From positions 1-18,027 of the forward strand of contig CAWAWS010000045.1 in NCBI GenBank assembly GCA_963785725.1: a stretch of DNA of 18,027 bases. The letters are read 5' to 3'. Position 1 is the first letter of the stretch; the number at the start of each line of letters is the position of its first letter. Of the stretch, positions 1-7,276 are shown one piece after another. The notes under the pieces are model-generated. The model had not been told where the DNA came from, ran no database searches, and was given only the letters and a program-made list of their open reading frames with translations. The position numbers and the translations under genes are program-made. The DNA is from an uncultured delta proteobacterium. Its GTDB lineage: Bacteria > Myxococcota_A > Polyangia > Palsa-1104.

Positions 1-115
1 GGGTCGTCCGTTCATGTTGCGGCGGTGACGGTCGATGCAGTGGGTGGAGGCGGTGGCTCGACGAATGGATGGATCCGCTTAAGATGGATCGCCGGCGCAA
101 GTGGCCAGCTTATTC

Positions 116-1660
116 ATGAATCAGCCGAGCCCAGATAGCGACAGCGACGACGGCCTCTCCGCGCTCTTGCGCGCGGCCGACTCGGGCGACGAGCGCGCGA
201 TTCTGAGCGCCGCCGCCGAGGTGGTCGCCGGGCTGCTCGGTGAGCGCGGGTCGTGCATTCTCGTCGATGGTGCGCCGCGCGTCGCCGTCGCCACGCAGGT
301 GCCGAAGCTGGCCAATTGGCCCATCGACATGGAGCGCTATCCCGAGATCTCGCTGGCCGTGCAGACGCGCGCCGTCGTCATGATCGAGGATGTGCGGAAC
401 GACCCGCGGCTGGACTCGATTCGCGCGCTGTTGCCGACCAACTTGTCGTCGGTGGCGGCGGTGCCGATGGTCGTCGGCACGCGCTGTCTCGGCGTGCTCT
501 TGGCGCAGTCGACGCTGCGGCGGCTGCCGAGCGTGCGCGAGCTCGAGCGCGCGGCGACGTTGGGACGCACGGCCGCGCACCTCGTCGACCGCGTGCGCAT
601 GCTGCGCGCGGCGACGAGCGAGCCGTCGGCGGTGCCGGTCGCCGTCGAGCGCGAGCTGTCGCAGCCGGTGGCCGTCGCCAGCGGCAAGTCGGCGTCGGCG
701 ACGTCGTCGCGGCGGGCGCGGCGCATCCTCATCGTCGACGACGACGACGCGCTGTGCGCCACGCTCCGCCTCGTCTTGGAGGCGAGCGGCTACGCGGTGA
801 CGACGGCCGAGAACGGCCTGGCCGGCGTCGAGAGCGCGCGCCGCGGACGACCCGATCTCATCCTCCTCGACGTCAACATGCCGTTGCTCGACGGCTTCGG
901 CGCCGCCGCTCGCCTGCGCGAGGATCCCACGACCGCGACGGTGCCGGTGCTGTTCCTGTCGGGCTCGGAGGACAAGATGGCGCGCGTGCGCGGCCTCGAA
1001 CTCGGCGCCGCCGACTACGTCTCCAAGCCCTGCTTTGCGCCCGAGCTGTTGGCGCGCATCGAGCGGGCCATCAAGCAGTCGATCTTGCAGCGGCGGGCGC
1101 GCGCGCAGACCCACGTCGACGAGCTGACCGGCCTCGGCAACCTGCGCGCGCTGCGTGAGCGGCTCGTCGTCGAGCAGTCGCGGCGCGAGCGCTATCACAC
1201 GCCGGTGTCGATCGTGCTCATCGACCTCGACAAGCTCAAGCTCATCAACGACCAGCAGGGCCACGCCGTCGGCAGCCGCATGATCGCCGCCGTCGGCGAG
1301 ACCTTGCGCGCCATGATCCGCGGTTCCGACCTGGCCGTTCGTTACGGCGGCGACGAGTTCGTCGTCGTGCTGGCGCAGACCAGCGCCGTCGACGGCCAGC
1401 GCTTCGCCGCGCGCCTCCTCGGCGAGCTGGCCACCCTCCGCGTCGACGGCCTCGTGCCCGCCGTCAGCATCGGCGTCGCCGCGCTCGACGGCGACGACAC
1501 CGATGACTTGGAGACGCTGCTCAAGCGCGCCGACGCCGCCGCCTACGAGGCCAAGCGCGCCGGCGGCAATCAGTCGAAGAACGCGCTCGGCGCCTGGCAG
1601 TCCACCGACTCGGCCGTCGTGAACGCCTCCGTGATCGATCGTTCGCACGCCAAGAGCTGA
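116..1660 (+). CDS. GAF-REC-GGDEF diguanylate cyclase response regulator
   Basis: N-terminal GAF-like segment (VMIEDVRNDPRL...SVAAVPMVVGTRCLGVL). Intact receiver domain (ILIVDDD, LILLDVNMPLLDG, FLSG, YVSKP). GGDEF domain (DELTGLGN, LIDLDKLKLINDQQGHAVG, RYGGDEF, ADAAAYEAK) with RxxD I-site (RGSD). Start is ATG 116 or GTG 101. Confidence 0.93.
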   Translation: MNQPSPDSDSDDGLSALLRAADSGDERAILSAAAEVVAGLLGERGSCILVDGAPRVAVATQVPKLANWPIDMERYPEISLAVQTRAVVMIEDVRNDPRLDSIRALLPTNLSSVAAVPMVVGTRCLGVLLAQSTLRRLPSVRELERAATLGRTAAHLVDRVRMLRAATSEPSAVPVAVERELSQPVAVASGKSASATSSRRARRILIVDDDDALCATLRLVLEASGYAVTTAENGLAGVESARRGRPDLILLDVNMPLLDGFGAAARLREDPTTATVPVLFLSGSEDKMARVRGLELGAADYVSKPCFAPELLARIERAIKQSILQRRARAQTHVDELTGLGNLRALRERLVVEQSRRERYHTPVSIVLIDLDKLKLINDQQGHAVGSRMIAAVGETLRAMIRGSDLAVRYGGDEFVVVLAQTSAVDGQRFAARLLGELATLRVDGLVPAVSIGVAALDGDDTDDLETLLKRADAAAYEAKRAGGNQSKNALGAWQSTDSAVVNASVIDRSHAKS

Positions 1661-1722
1661 AACGACTTAAGTTACGTAGAGATGTGATACTGTGTCGCTG
1701 GGCGGGACACCGGAGTCAGCGC

Positions 1723-2859
1723 ATGAAGCTCGAGGTCAAGGGCAAGATCTTGCTCGCCGAGGACGACGCCGTCCTGCGTCGCAGCTACGTTCGCTTGTTG
1801 CACCTGGCGGGCTACGAAGTGGTCGACGTCGAGGATGGCGCCGCCGCGGCCGAGCTCCTGCGCGACGGGCTCTTCGACGCGCTCGTGAGCGACATTTCGA
1901 TGCCCGGCGTCGACGGCATGGAGCTGTTGGCGCTGGCGCGCGAGGCCGACGCCGACCTGCCCATCGTGCTCATCACGGCGTCGCCGAGTGTGGCCACCGC
2001 CGTGCGCGCCATCGAGCGCCGCGTGCTGCGCTATCTCATCAAGCCGTTCGCCGCCGACGAGCTGGAGAGCGCGCTCGCCGACGCCATGCGCTTGCGCCGG
2101 CTGGCGACGGTCAAGCGCGCGGCCGAAGCGCTCGTGCGCGACGAAGCCCGCCGCGCCGACGCCAGCGCCAGCGCCTTTACGGACACGCTGGAGAAGCTGT
2201 GGATGGCGTATCAGCCCATCGTCGACTGCACGCGGCGCGAGGTCTATGCCTACGAAGCGCTGATGCGTTCCGACGGCGAGCTGAAGAATCCGGCGACGAT
2301 CCTGCAAGCGGCCGAGGCGCTCGATCGCGTGCACGAGCTCGGGCGCGTCGTGCGGCGGCGGGTGGCGGCGCGCGTGGCCGGCGAGAGCGACGCGGCGCTG
2401 TGCTTCTTCGTCAACCTGCATCCGCGCGATCTCTGCGACGACGAGCTGTTCGATCCGGCGGCGCCCTTGTCGAAGGTGGCCGCGCGCGTCGTGCTCGAAG
2501 TGACCGAGCGCGACTCGCTCGAAGGCATCGAGGGTCTGGCGACGCGCCTGCAACGGCTGCGCGGGCTCGGCTATCGGATCGCGCTCGACGACTTGGGCGC
2601 CGGTTACGCGGGGCTGGCGAGCTTCATCGAGCTGCGGCCCGAGATCGTCAAGCTCGACATGGCGCTCATTCGCGGCCTCGACCGCGACAAGGCGCGCCAC
2701 ACGGTCGTCTCCAACATGCGGGCGTTGTGCGCCGAGTTCGGCTGCCTCGTCGTCGCCGAAGGGGTCGAGACCGAGGGCGAGCGCGACGCGCTCATCCACA
2801 TCGGCTTTCAGCTCTTGCAGGGCTACCACTTCGGCCGTCCGCAGCGTTTTCCCGCCTAA
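1723..2859 (+). CDS. REC-EAL c-di-GMP phosphodiesterase response regulator
   Basis: Receiver domain (ILLAEDD, VSDISMPGVDG, LITAS, YLIKPF) then an EAL domain with all hallmark motifs (YQPIVD, YEALMR, FVN, LEVTE, IALDDLGAGY, IVKLD, VAEGVET, LQGYHFGRP). ATG 1723 has GGAG at 1712-1715. Confidence 0.93.
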   Translation: MKLEVKGKILLAEDDAVLRRSYVRLLHLAGYEVVDVEDGAAAAELLRDGLFDALVSDISMPGVDGMELLALAREADADLPIVLITASPSVATAVRAIERRVLRYLIKPFAADELESALADAMRLRRLATVKRAAEALVRDEARRADASASAFTDTLEKLWMAYQPIVDCTRREVYAYEALMRSDGELKNPATILQAAEALDRVHELGRVVRRRVAARVAGESDAALCFFVNLHPRDLCDDELFDPAAPLSKVAARVVLEVTERDSLEGIEGLATRLQRLRGLGYRIALDDLGAGYAGLASFIELRPEIVKLDMALIRGLDRDKARHTVVSNMRALCAEFGCLVVAEGVETEGERDALIHIGFQLLQGYHFGRPQRFPA

Positions 2860-2949
2860 AACGAGGGTTTTTCACGGCTGTCCCTCAAAGATCCGTCGTC
2901 GTGGGCGCGGATCGGGCCGCAAAGGCGCGGCCGTCGCCGCCCAACCGCG

Positions 2950-2965
2950 CGGCACGCCGGTTGCT
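2950..2965 (+). promoter_or_regulatory. Putative sigma-54 (-24/-12) promoter
   Basis: CGGCACG-CCGG-TTGCT matches TGGCACG-N4-TTGCW at all but the first base. It is intergenic, correctly oriented and ends 12 nt before ATG 2978. Confidence 0.7.
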
Positions 2966-2977
2966 GTCAGCCGGCGC

Positions 2978-4015
2978 ATGAATACTTCGCGCTTATCGAC
3001 TTACTTATCGAGCGGCTTATTAATGGTCTCGGTCTGCGTCACTGCCGCATGCAGCAAGCGGGCGATCGACGGCCCGTCGCGCCTCGACATGACCGCCGGT
3101 GGCGCCGACTTGGCGCCGTCGCCGGGCGGCGACCTGGCCGCCGCCGGCGCCATGACGATCGCCTGGCGCGCGCAGCCGAGCGGCACGACGCAGGTCTTGA
3201 ACGGCGTCTGGGGCTCGGCCGCCGGCGACATTTACGCCGTCGGCATCGGCGGCACCATCTTGCACAGCCGCGGCGACGGCCAGTGGACGGCGCAAACGAG
3301 CGGCACCACGGCCACGCTCAGCGCCGTCTGGGGCGACAGCGCCAGCGACGTCTTCGTCGCCGGCGACAGCATCGTCCTGCGCTCGAGCGGCGACGGCAGC
3401 TGGCGCGCCGAGACGCCGCCCGGCGGACCTTGGCTGGCGGTGTGGGGCTCGAGCGCCAACGACGTCTACATCGCCGGCATCCTCGGCATCGCGCACTCGA
3501 CCGGCGACGGCAGCTGGGTCGACGAGCCGCCGAGCACGCTGCCGCGCGGCTACTTCGGCCTCGGCGGTCGCGGCGCGAACGACGTGTGGGCCGTCGGCGG
3601 CGACGGCCAGACGATGGTCGGCCAGCTCATCGGCGGCGCCGAACGCTTCGACGGCAGCTGGAGCTGGACGGCGCTCGGCTCGACGGAGAACATGAAGAGC
3701 CTCGTCTTCACCGGCGCCGGCACCTTCATCGTCGGCAACGGCGGACAGATCTGGTGCGACAGCGGCAGCGGCTTCGTCCAGCAGGTCTCGAACGAGCCCA
3801 ACGACCTCAACAGCGTCTGGGCCGACAGCGCCGGCACGCTCTTCGCCGTCGGTGGCTGCGGCGGGGTCGTCACCTCGGCCGGCGACGGCGTGTGGACGGG
3901 CGAGAGCACGCCGTCGGCGTTGCCGCTGAACGGCGTGTGGGGCACGAGCGCCGTCGACGTGTACGCCGTCGGCTACGGCGGCGAAATCCTGCATCGCGCC
4001 TACGGCACCGACTAA
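2978..4015 (+). CDS. Lipoprotein with repeated VWGS motifs (WD40/YVTN/BNR-like beta-propeller)
   Basis: Hydrophobic N-terminus with lipobox-like TAAC, a low-complexity linker (DMTAGGADLAPSPGGDLA), then about 7 repeats of roughly 40 aa of the form L-x-x-VWGS-x-x-x-DVYAVG-x-x-G-x-ILH...GDG-x-W. This pattern is common in Myxococcota. Confidence 0.8.
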   Translation: MNTSRLSTYLSSGLLMVSVCVTAACSKRAIDGPSRLDMTAGGADLAPSPGGDLAAAGAMTIAWRAQPSGTTQVLNGVWGSAAGDIYAVGIGGTILHSRGDGQWTAQTSGTTATLSAVWGDSASDVFVAGDSIVLRSSGDGSWRAETPPGGPWLAVWGSSANDVYIAGILGIAHSTGDGSWVDEPPSTLPRGYFGLGGRGANDVWAVGGDGQTMVGQLIGGAERFDGSWSWTALGSTENMKSLVFTGAGTFIVGNGGQIWCDSGSGFVQQVSNEPNDLNSVWADSAGTLFAVGGCGGVVTSAGDGVWTGESTPSALPLNGVWGTSAVDVYAVGYGGEILHRAYGTD

Positions 4016-4029
4016 ATAACCGATAGCGG

Positions 4030-4308
4030 CTATTTCAGGTAGGTCTTGAGCACGTCGAGCAGCTCCTGCGTCGCCTGGGACCGCTTGGAGCTCGGGTTCT
4101 GCTCGGGATCGACGACGTGATGGCGAACGTGGTCCTGGATGACCTCGACGATGAGGCTGTTCATGGCCCCGCGACAGGCGACCAGCGTCTGCATGACGAG
4201 CGTGCAGTCGGCGTCGGCCTCGAGGGAGCGCTCGGCGGCGTCGAGCTGACCGCGCAGCCGGCGCAGCCGCAGCAGCAGCTTGTCGCGATTCTGCGTGACG
4301 TGACCCAT
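4030..4308 (-). CDS. CsoR/RcnR/FrmR-family metal-sensing repressor, RcnR/DmeR-like (Ni/Co)
   Basis: 92 aa with RLRRLRGQL and the ligand fingerprint His3-Cys35-His60-His64, the same numbering as E. coli RcnR. Divergent from a CDF gene. Confidence 0.9.
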   Translation of the reverse strand: MGHVTQNRDKLLLRLRRLRGQLDAAERSLEADADCTLVMQTLVACRGAMNSLIVEVIQDHVRHHVVDPEQNPSSKRSQATQELLDVLKTYLK

Positions 4309-4317
4309 CCGCCATCT

Positions 4318-4338
4318 ATACCATAGGGGGTATGGTAC
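4318..4338. promoter_or_regulatory. CsoR/RcnR-type operator (G-tract flanked by an AT-rich inverted repeat)
   Basis: Perfect inverted repeat TACCATA(4319-4325)-GGGGG-TATGGTA(4331-4337) spanning the 23-bp gap between repressor and CDF. A G/C tract between AT-rich arms is the known operator architecture of this family. Confidence 0.85.
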
Positions 4339-5252
4339 CTGAAATTTCTGCCGCGGAATTGCCGGCGCCGCCCCGCGTTCGCCATGACGAGGCCGAGCAT
4401 CGCCGCGCCGCCAACCGCGCCGTCGCCGTCTCGGCGGCGGGCCTCTTGTTGACCGGCGGCATCGAGCTCGCGCTGGCGCTCGTGACCGGCTCGGTGGCGC
4501 TGCTCGGCGACGCGCTGCACAACCTGGCCGACGTCTCGACCTCGGCCGTCGTCTTCGTCGGCTTTCGCGTGTCCAAGCGGCCGCCGTCGCCGGCGCATCC
4601 GTACGGCTACGAGCGCGCCGAGGATCTGGCCGGCCTCGGCATCGCGCTCGTCATCTGGGGCAGCGCCATCTTCGCCGGTTGGGAGAGCTCAGCCAAGCTC
4701 GTCAGCCACGCCGGCACCGCGCACGTCGGCGTCGGCATGGGCGCGGCCGTGCTCGGGATGGTCGGCAACTTCGCCGTCGCGCGCTACAAGGCGCGGGTGG
4801 CGCGCCGCATCCAGTCGACGACGATGGCGGCCGAGGCCAAGCACTCGTGGCTCGACATGCTGTCGTCGCTGGGCGCGCTGGTCGGGCTCGCCGGCGTGGC
4901 GCTCGGCTACGCCTGGGCCGACGCGCTCGCCGGCTGCGCGGTCACGCTCTTCATCTGCCACGTCGGCTACGAAGTGACCTCCGAGGTCGTGCACCACCTG
5001 ATGGACGGCGTCGATCCGGCGCAGCTGGCGGCGGCGGCGGCGGCGGTGCAAGCGCTGCCGGGCGTGCGGCGGGCGCGGGTGCGCGGCCGCTGGATGGGCC
5101 GCTCGCTCACGCTCGACGTCGAAGGCGAGCTCGCCGACGACGTGTCGCTGGCGACGGCGGAGGCGTTGGCGCCGGCAGTGCAAGACGCGGTGCACGCCGC
5201 CGTCGACGAGGCGCGCGCCGTCACCTGGATTCCGCGCCATCGCCTGCGCTGA
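4332..5252 (+). CDS. Cation diffusion facilitator (CDF) family metal efflux transporter
   Basis: GSVALLGDALHNLAD (TM2 HxxxD), HPYGYERAEDL, HSWLD (TM5 HxxxD), about 6 hydrophobic helices, and a C-terminal dimerisation domain starting LMDGVDP. Start uncertain (ATG 4332 lies in the operator; TTG 4359 is an alternative). Confidence 0.93.
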   Translation: MVPEISAAELPAPPRVRHDEAEHRRAANRAVAVSAAGLLLTGGIELALALVTGSVALLGDALHNLADVSTSAVVFVGFRVSKRPPSPAHPYGYERAEDLAGLGIALVIWGSAIFAGWESSAKLVSHAGTAHVGVGMGAAVLGMVGNFAVARYKARVARRIQSTTMAAEAKHSWLDMLSSLGALVGLAGVALGYAWADALAGCAVTLFICHVGYEVTSEVVHHLMDGVDPAQLAAAAAAVQALPGVRRARVRGRWMGRSLTLDVEGELADDVSLATAEALAPAVQDAVHAAVDEARAVTWIPRHRLR

Positions 5253-5401
5253 CAGCGGCCAAGCGCGCGGCGCCCACCGCAGACTGCCGTCAATCGTCCT
5301 CAGGGGGGCTGTCATCGCTGCGCGTCAATCGCCCTCGGTCATGACGTGGGCGAACGCGCGGAAATGCCCGGAATTGCGCGGACCGTGCGCGCCGACGCCG
5401 C

Positions 5402-5417
5402 TGGATCGTCGGTTGCA
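5402..5417 (+). promoter_or_regulatory. Putative sigma-54 (-24/-12) promoter
   Basis: TGGATCG-TCGG-TTGCA has exact GG-N10-GC spacing and a perfect -12 box. It lies upstream of AAGGGGAG (RBS) and ATG 5458. Confidence 0.5.
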
Positions 5418-5457
5418 GTGAGCGCAGCCACCGCGACGAGTCGCGAAGGGAGCGCAC

Positions 5458-6475
5458 ATGATGCGAGCGCAGCTTTGGGTGGTGGTGGCTTTGGGGTTGA
5501 TCGGATGTGGCGGCTCTTCACCGGCGCCGCAGCCGACGAGCACGACCGGCGGCTCGGCCGGCGGCAGCGGCGGCGGTGGCTCGGCGGGCGGTGGCGGCAC
5601 CAAATCCGGCGGCGGCAGCTCGTGGCTGACGGGCGCGGTCGGGCTGCTGTTGTCGTCGGACGGCGCCGACGGCACCTTCATCGCGCGCACCGGCCCGACG
5701 AGCGCCGATCTCTACGCGCTCGTCTGCGTCGGCAACTTGGACGGCTGGTCGGCGGGCGCCGGCGGCACCCTCATCGGCACGCACGACGGCGGCGCCTCCT
5801 GGTCGCTCGAGACGAGCGGCGTCACGACCGCCCTGCGCGCGCTCTCGTTCGCCGACGCCCAGCACGGCCTCGCCGTCGGTGACGGCGGCGTCGTCCTGCG
5901 CACCGTCGACGGCGGCGGCACGCTGGAGCCCGGTCAGCGTCGCCACCAGCGTCAGCTTACGCGGCGTCAGCTTGTCGAGCACGCAGGCGTGGATCATCGG
6001 TGACGGCGGCACGCTGCTGCACTCCGTCGACGGCGGCGCCAGCTTCGGCGCGCCTTCGGTGATCGCCGGCGTCGACCTACGCGCCATTCACTTCAGCGGC
6101 GACGGCTCCATCGGCGCCGCGGTCGGCGACGGCGGCACGATGCTCGTCACCCACGACGGCACGAGCTGGCAGGCGTTGCCGAGCGCGCCCGGCGATCTGA
6201 CGGCGCTCTCGATCTCGAGCGACGGCCAGCGCCTCGTCGCCGTCGGCGCCGCCGGCCTCTTGTGGCGCTCGACGGACGGCGCGGCCAGCTGGACCGGCAT
6301 CGCCGGCGGTGGCGCGCGCGCGTTCACGACCGTCGGCTTCTCCGACGACGTCGCCGGCTTGGGCTGGGCCGCCGGCAAAGCGGGCGCGCTCATGGTCACG
6401 CACGACGACGGCGCCTCGTTCGTCGCCCTCGACTCGGGCACGACCAAGGACATCTACTCCGTCGACGATCTGTAG
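5458..6475 (+). pseudogene. YCF48/BNR(Asp-box)-repeat beta-propeller lipoprotein, split by a +1 frameshift near 5917-5923
   Basis: Lipobox LIGC, Gly/Ser linker, and repeats of AVGDGG-x-L-x-T-x-DGG-x-x-W in ORF 5458-6003. The repeats continue in the frame of ORF 5879-6475 after TVDGG. Removing one base restores DGGxxW-SPVSV. Confidence 0.8.
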
Positions 6476-7093
6476 TCAGCGCGTGCTGCCGGCGAGTGCG
6501 GCCAAGTCGGACGCCAGGCGCTCGGGGCCGTCGCGGCTCAGGCCGTCGTAGACGCCGCGCACCTCGCCCGAGCGATCGATCAAATAGAACGCGGGAAACA
6601 GAATGAGCGAGCCATCGGCGACGCCCGCTTCCGACTTGACGAGGCCCATGCCCGCGGCCAGCGCCGGGAACGTTCGCGGATCGGCGGCGAGCAGCTGCCA
6701 GCGGCCGTTCGTCGGCGGAAAGCGGAGCTCGAAGCGCGCCAAGTCTTTCGGGCTATCGGAGGGCCCAATCGAGAACGAGACGAAGCGAATGTCGCCCGGG
6801 CTCTTGTGGAGGACGTCGAGCAGGTGGCGGCTCAAGAGCGAGCAGGTCTCGCCGCACTCCATGAACACGAAGTCGGCCACCCACACGTGGCCGATGAGGT
6901 CGGCGCGACGGAGCGGCTGACCGCGCTGGTCGACGAGCGCGAAGTCGGGCACGGCGAACGGCGGCGTGCGATGGATGGGCACGCCGAACGGCGGCGCGCG
7001 CCGGCTCAGCCGCGACTGCGCGAGCGCGAACGCCGCCCCGAGGCCGAGCAGCAGGCCGAGCGCCACCAAACCGCTGCGTCGCGCGCGAATCAC
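6476..7093 (-). CDS. SCO1/SenC-family protein (CxxxC; conserved His apparently absent)
   Basis: N-terminal TM helix, PDFALVDQRG, VWVADFVFMECGETC, FVSFSI, W-x-LL, FYLIDRSGEVRGVY. The probable start is GTG 7093; the upstream part of ORF 6476-8005 is antisense shadow of the neighbouring gene. Confidence 0.88.
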   Translation of the reverse strand: MIRARRSGLVALGLLLGLGAAFALAQSRLSRRAPPFGVPIHRTPPFAVPDFALVDQRGQPLRRADLIGHVWVADFVFMECGETCSLLSRHLLDVLHKSPGDIRFVSFSIGPSDSPKDLARFELRFPPTNGRWQLLAADPRTFPALAAGMGLVKSEAGVADGSLILFPAFYLIDRSGEVRGVYDGLSRDGPERLASDLAALAGSTR

Positions 7094-7245
7094 GCGTTGA
7101 TTGTGGCACGAGCGCTCGGGCGCGGCTGCGATTACGCGCGGCGGAAGCGCGGCCAATTGGGGAAATGGCCGCGCGATCGGGAACAAGAATCCCAGCGCAA
7201 CCTGCGCTGCGCACGCTATCTCGCCGAAATCGTACGGAGGCGCAG

Positions 7246-7261
7246 CGGCACAGCGGCTGCA
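7246..7261 (+). promoter_or_regulatory. Putative sigma-54 (-24/-12) promoter
   Basis: CGGCACA-GCGG-CTGCA has GG-N10-GC spacing and ends 15 nt before ATG 7277. Confidence 0.55.
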
Positions 7262-7276
7262 AACTACGACGCCATC

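Noticed and set aside
110..4315. Long antisense and alternate-frame ORFs (110-1648, 1672-2829, 1692-2981, 3020-4315, and similarly 10940-12826, 15382-16416)
   Set aside because: They overlap well-supported genes, are Arg/Ala/Gly-rich without motifs, and are the expected stop-poor shadows in high-GC DNA.
3170..6470. Recurring GGCGACGGC-type nucleotide repeats suggesting a CRISPR or repeat array
   Set aside because: They are in-frame coding repeats of beta-propeller blades (GDG/DGG motifs), degenerate, with no cas genes nearby.
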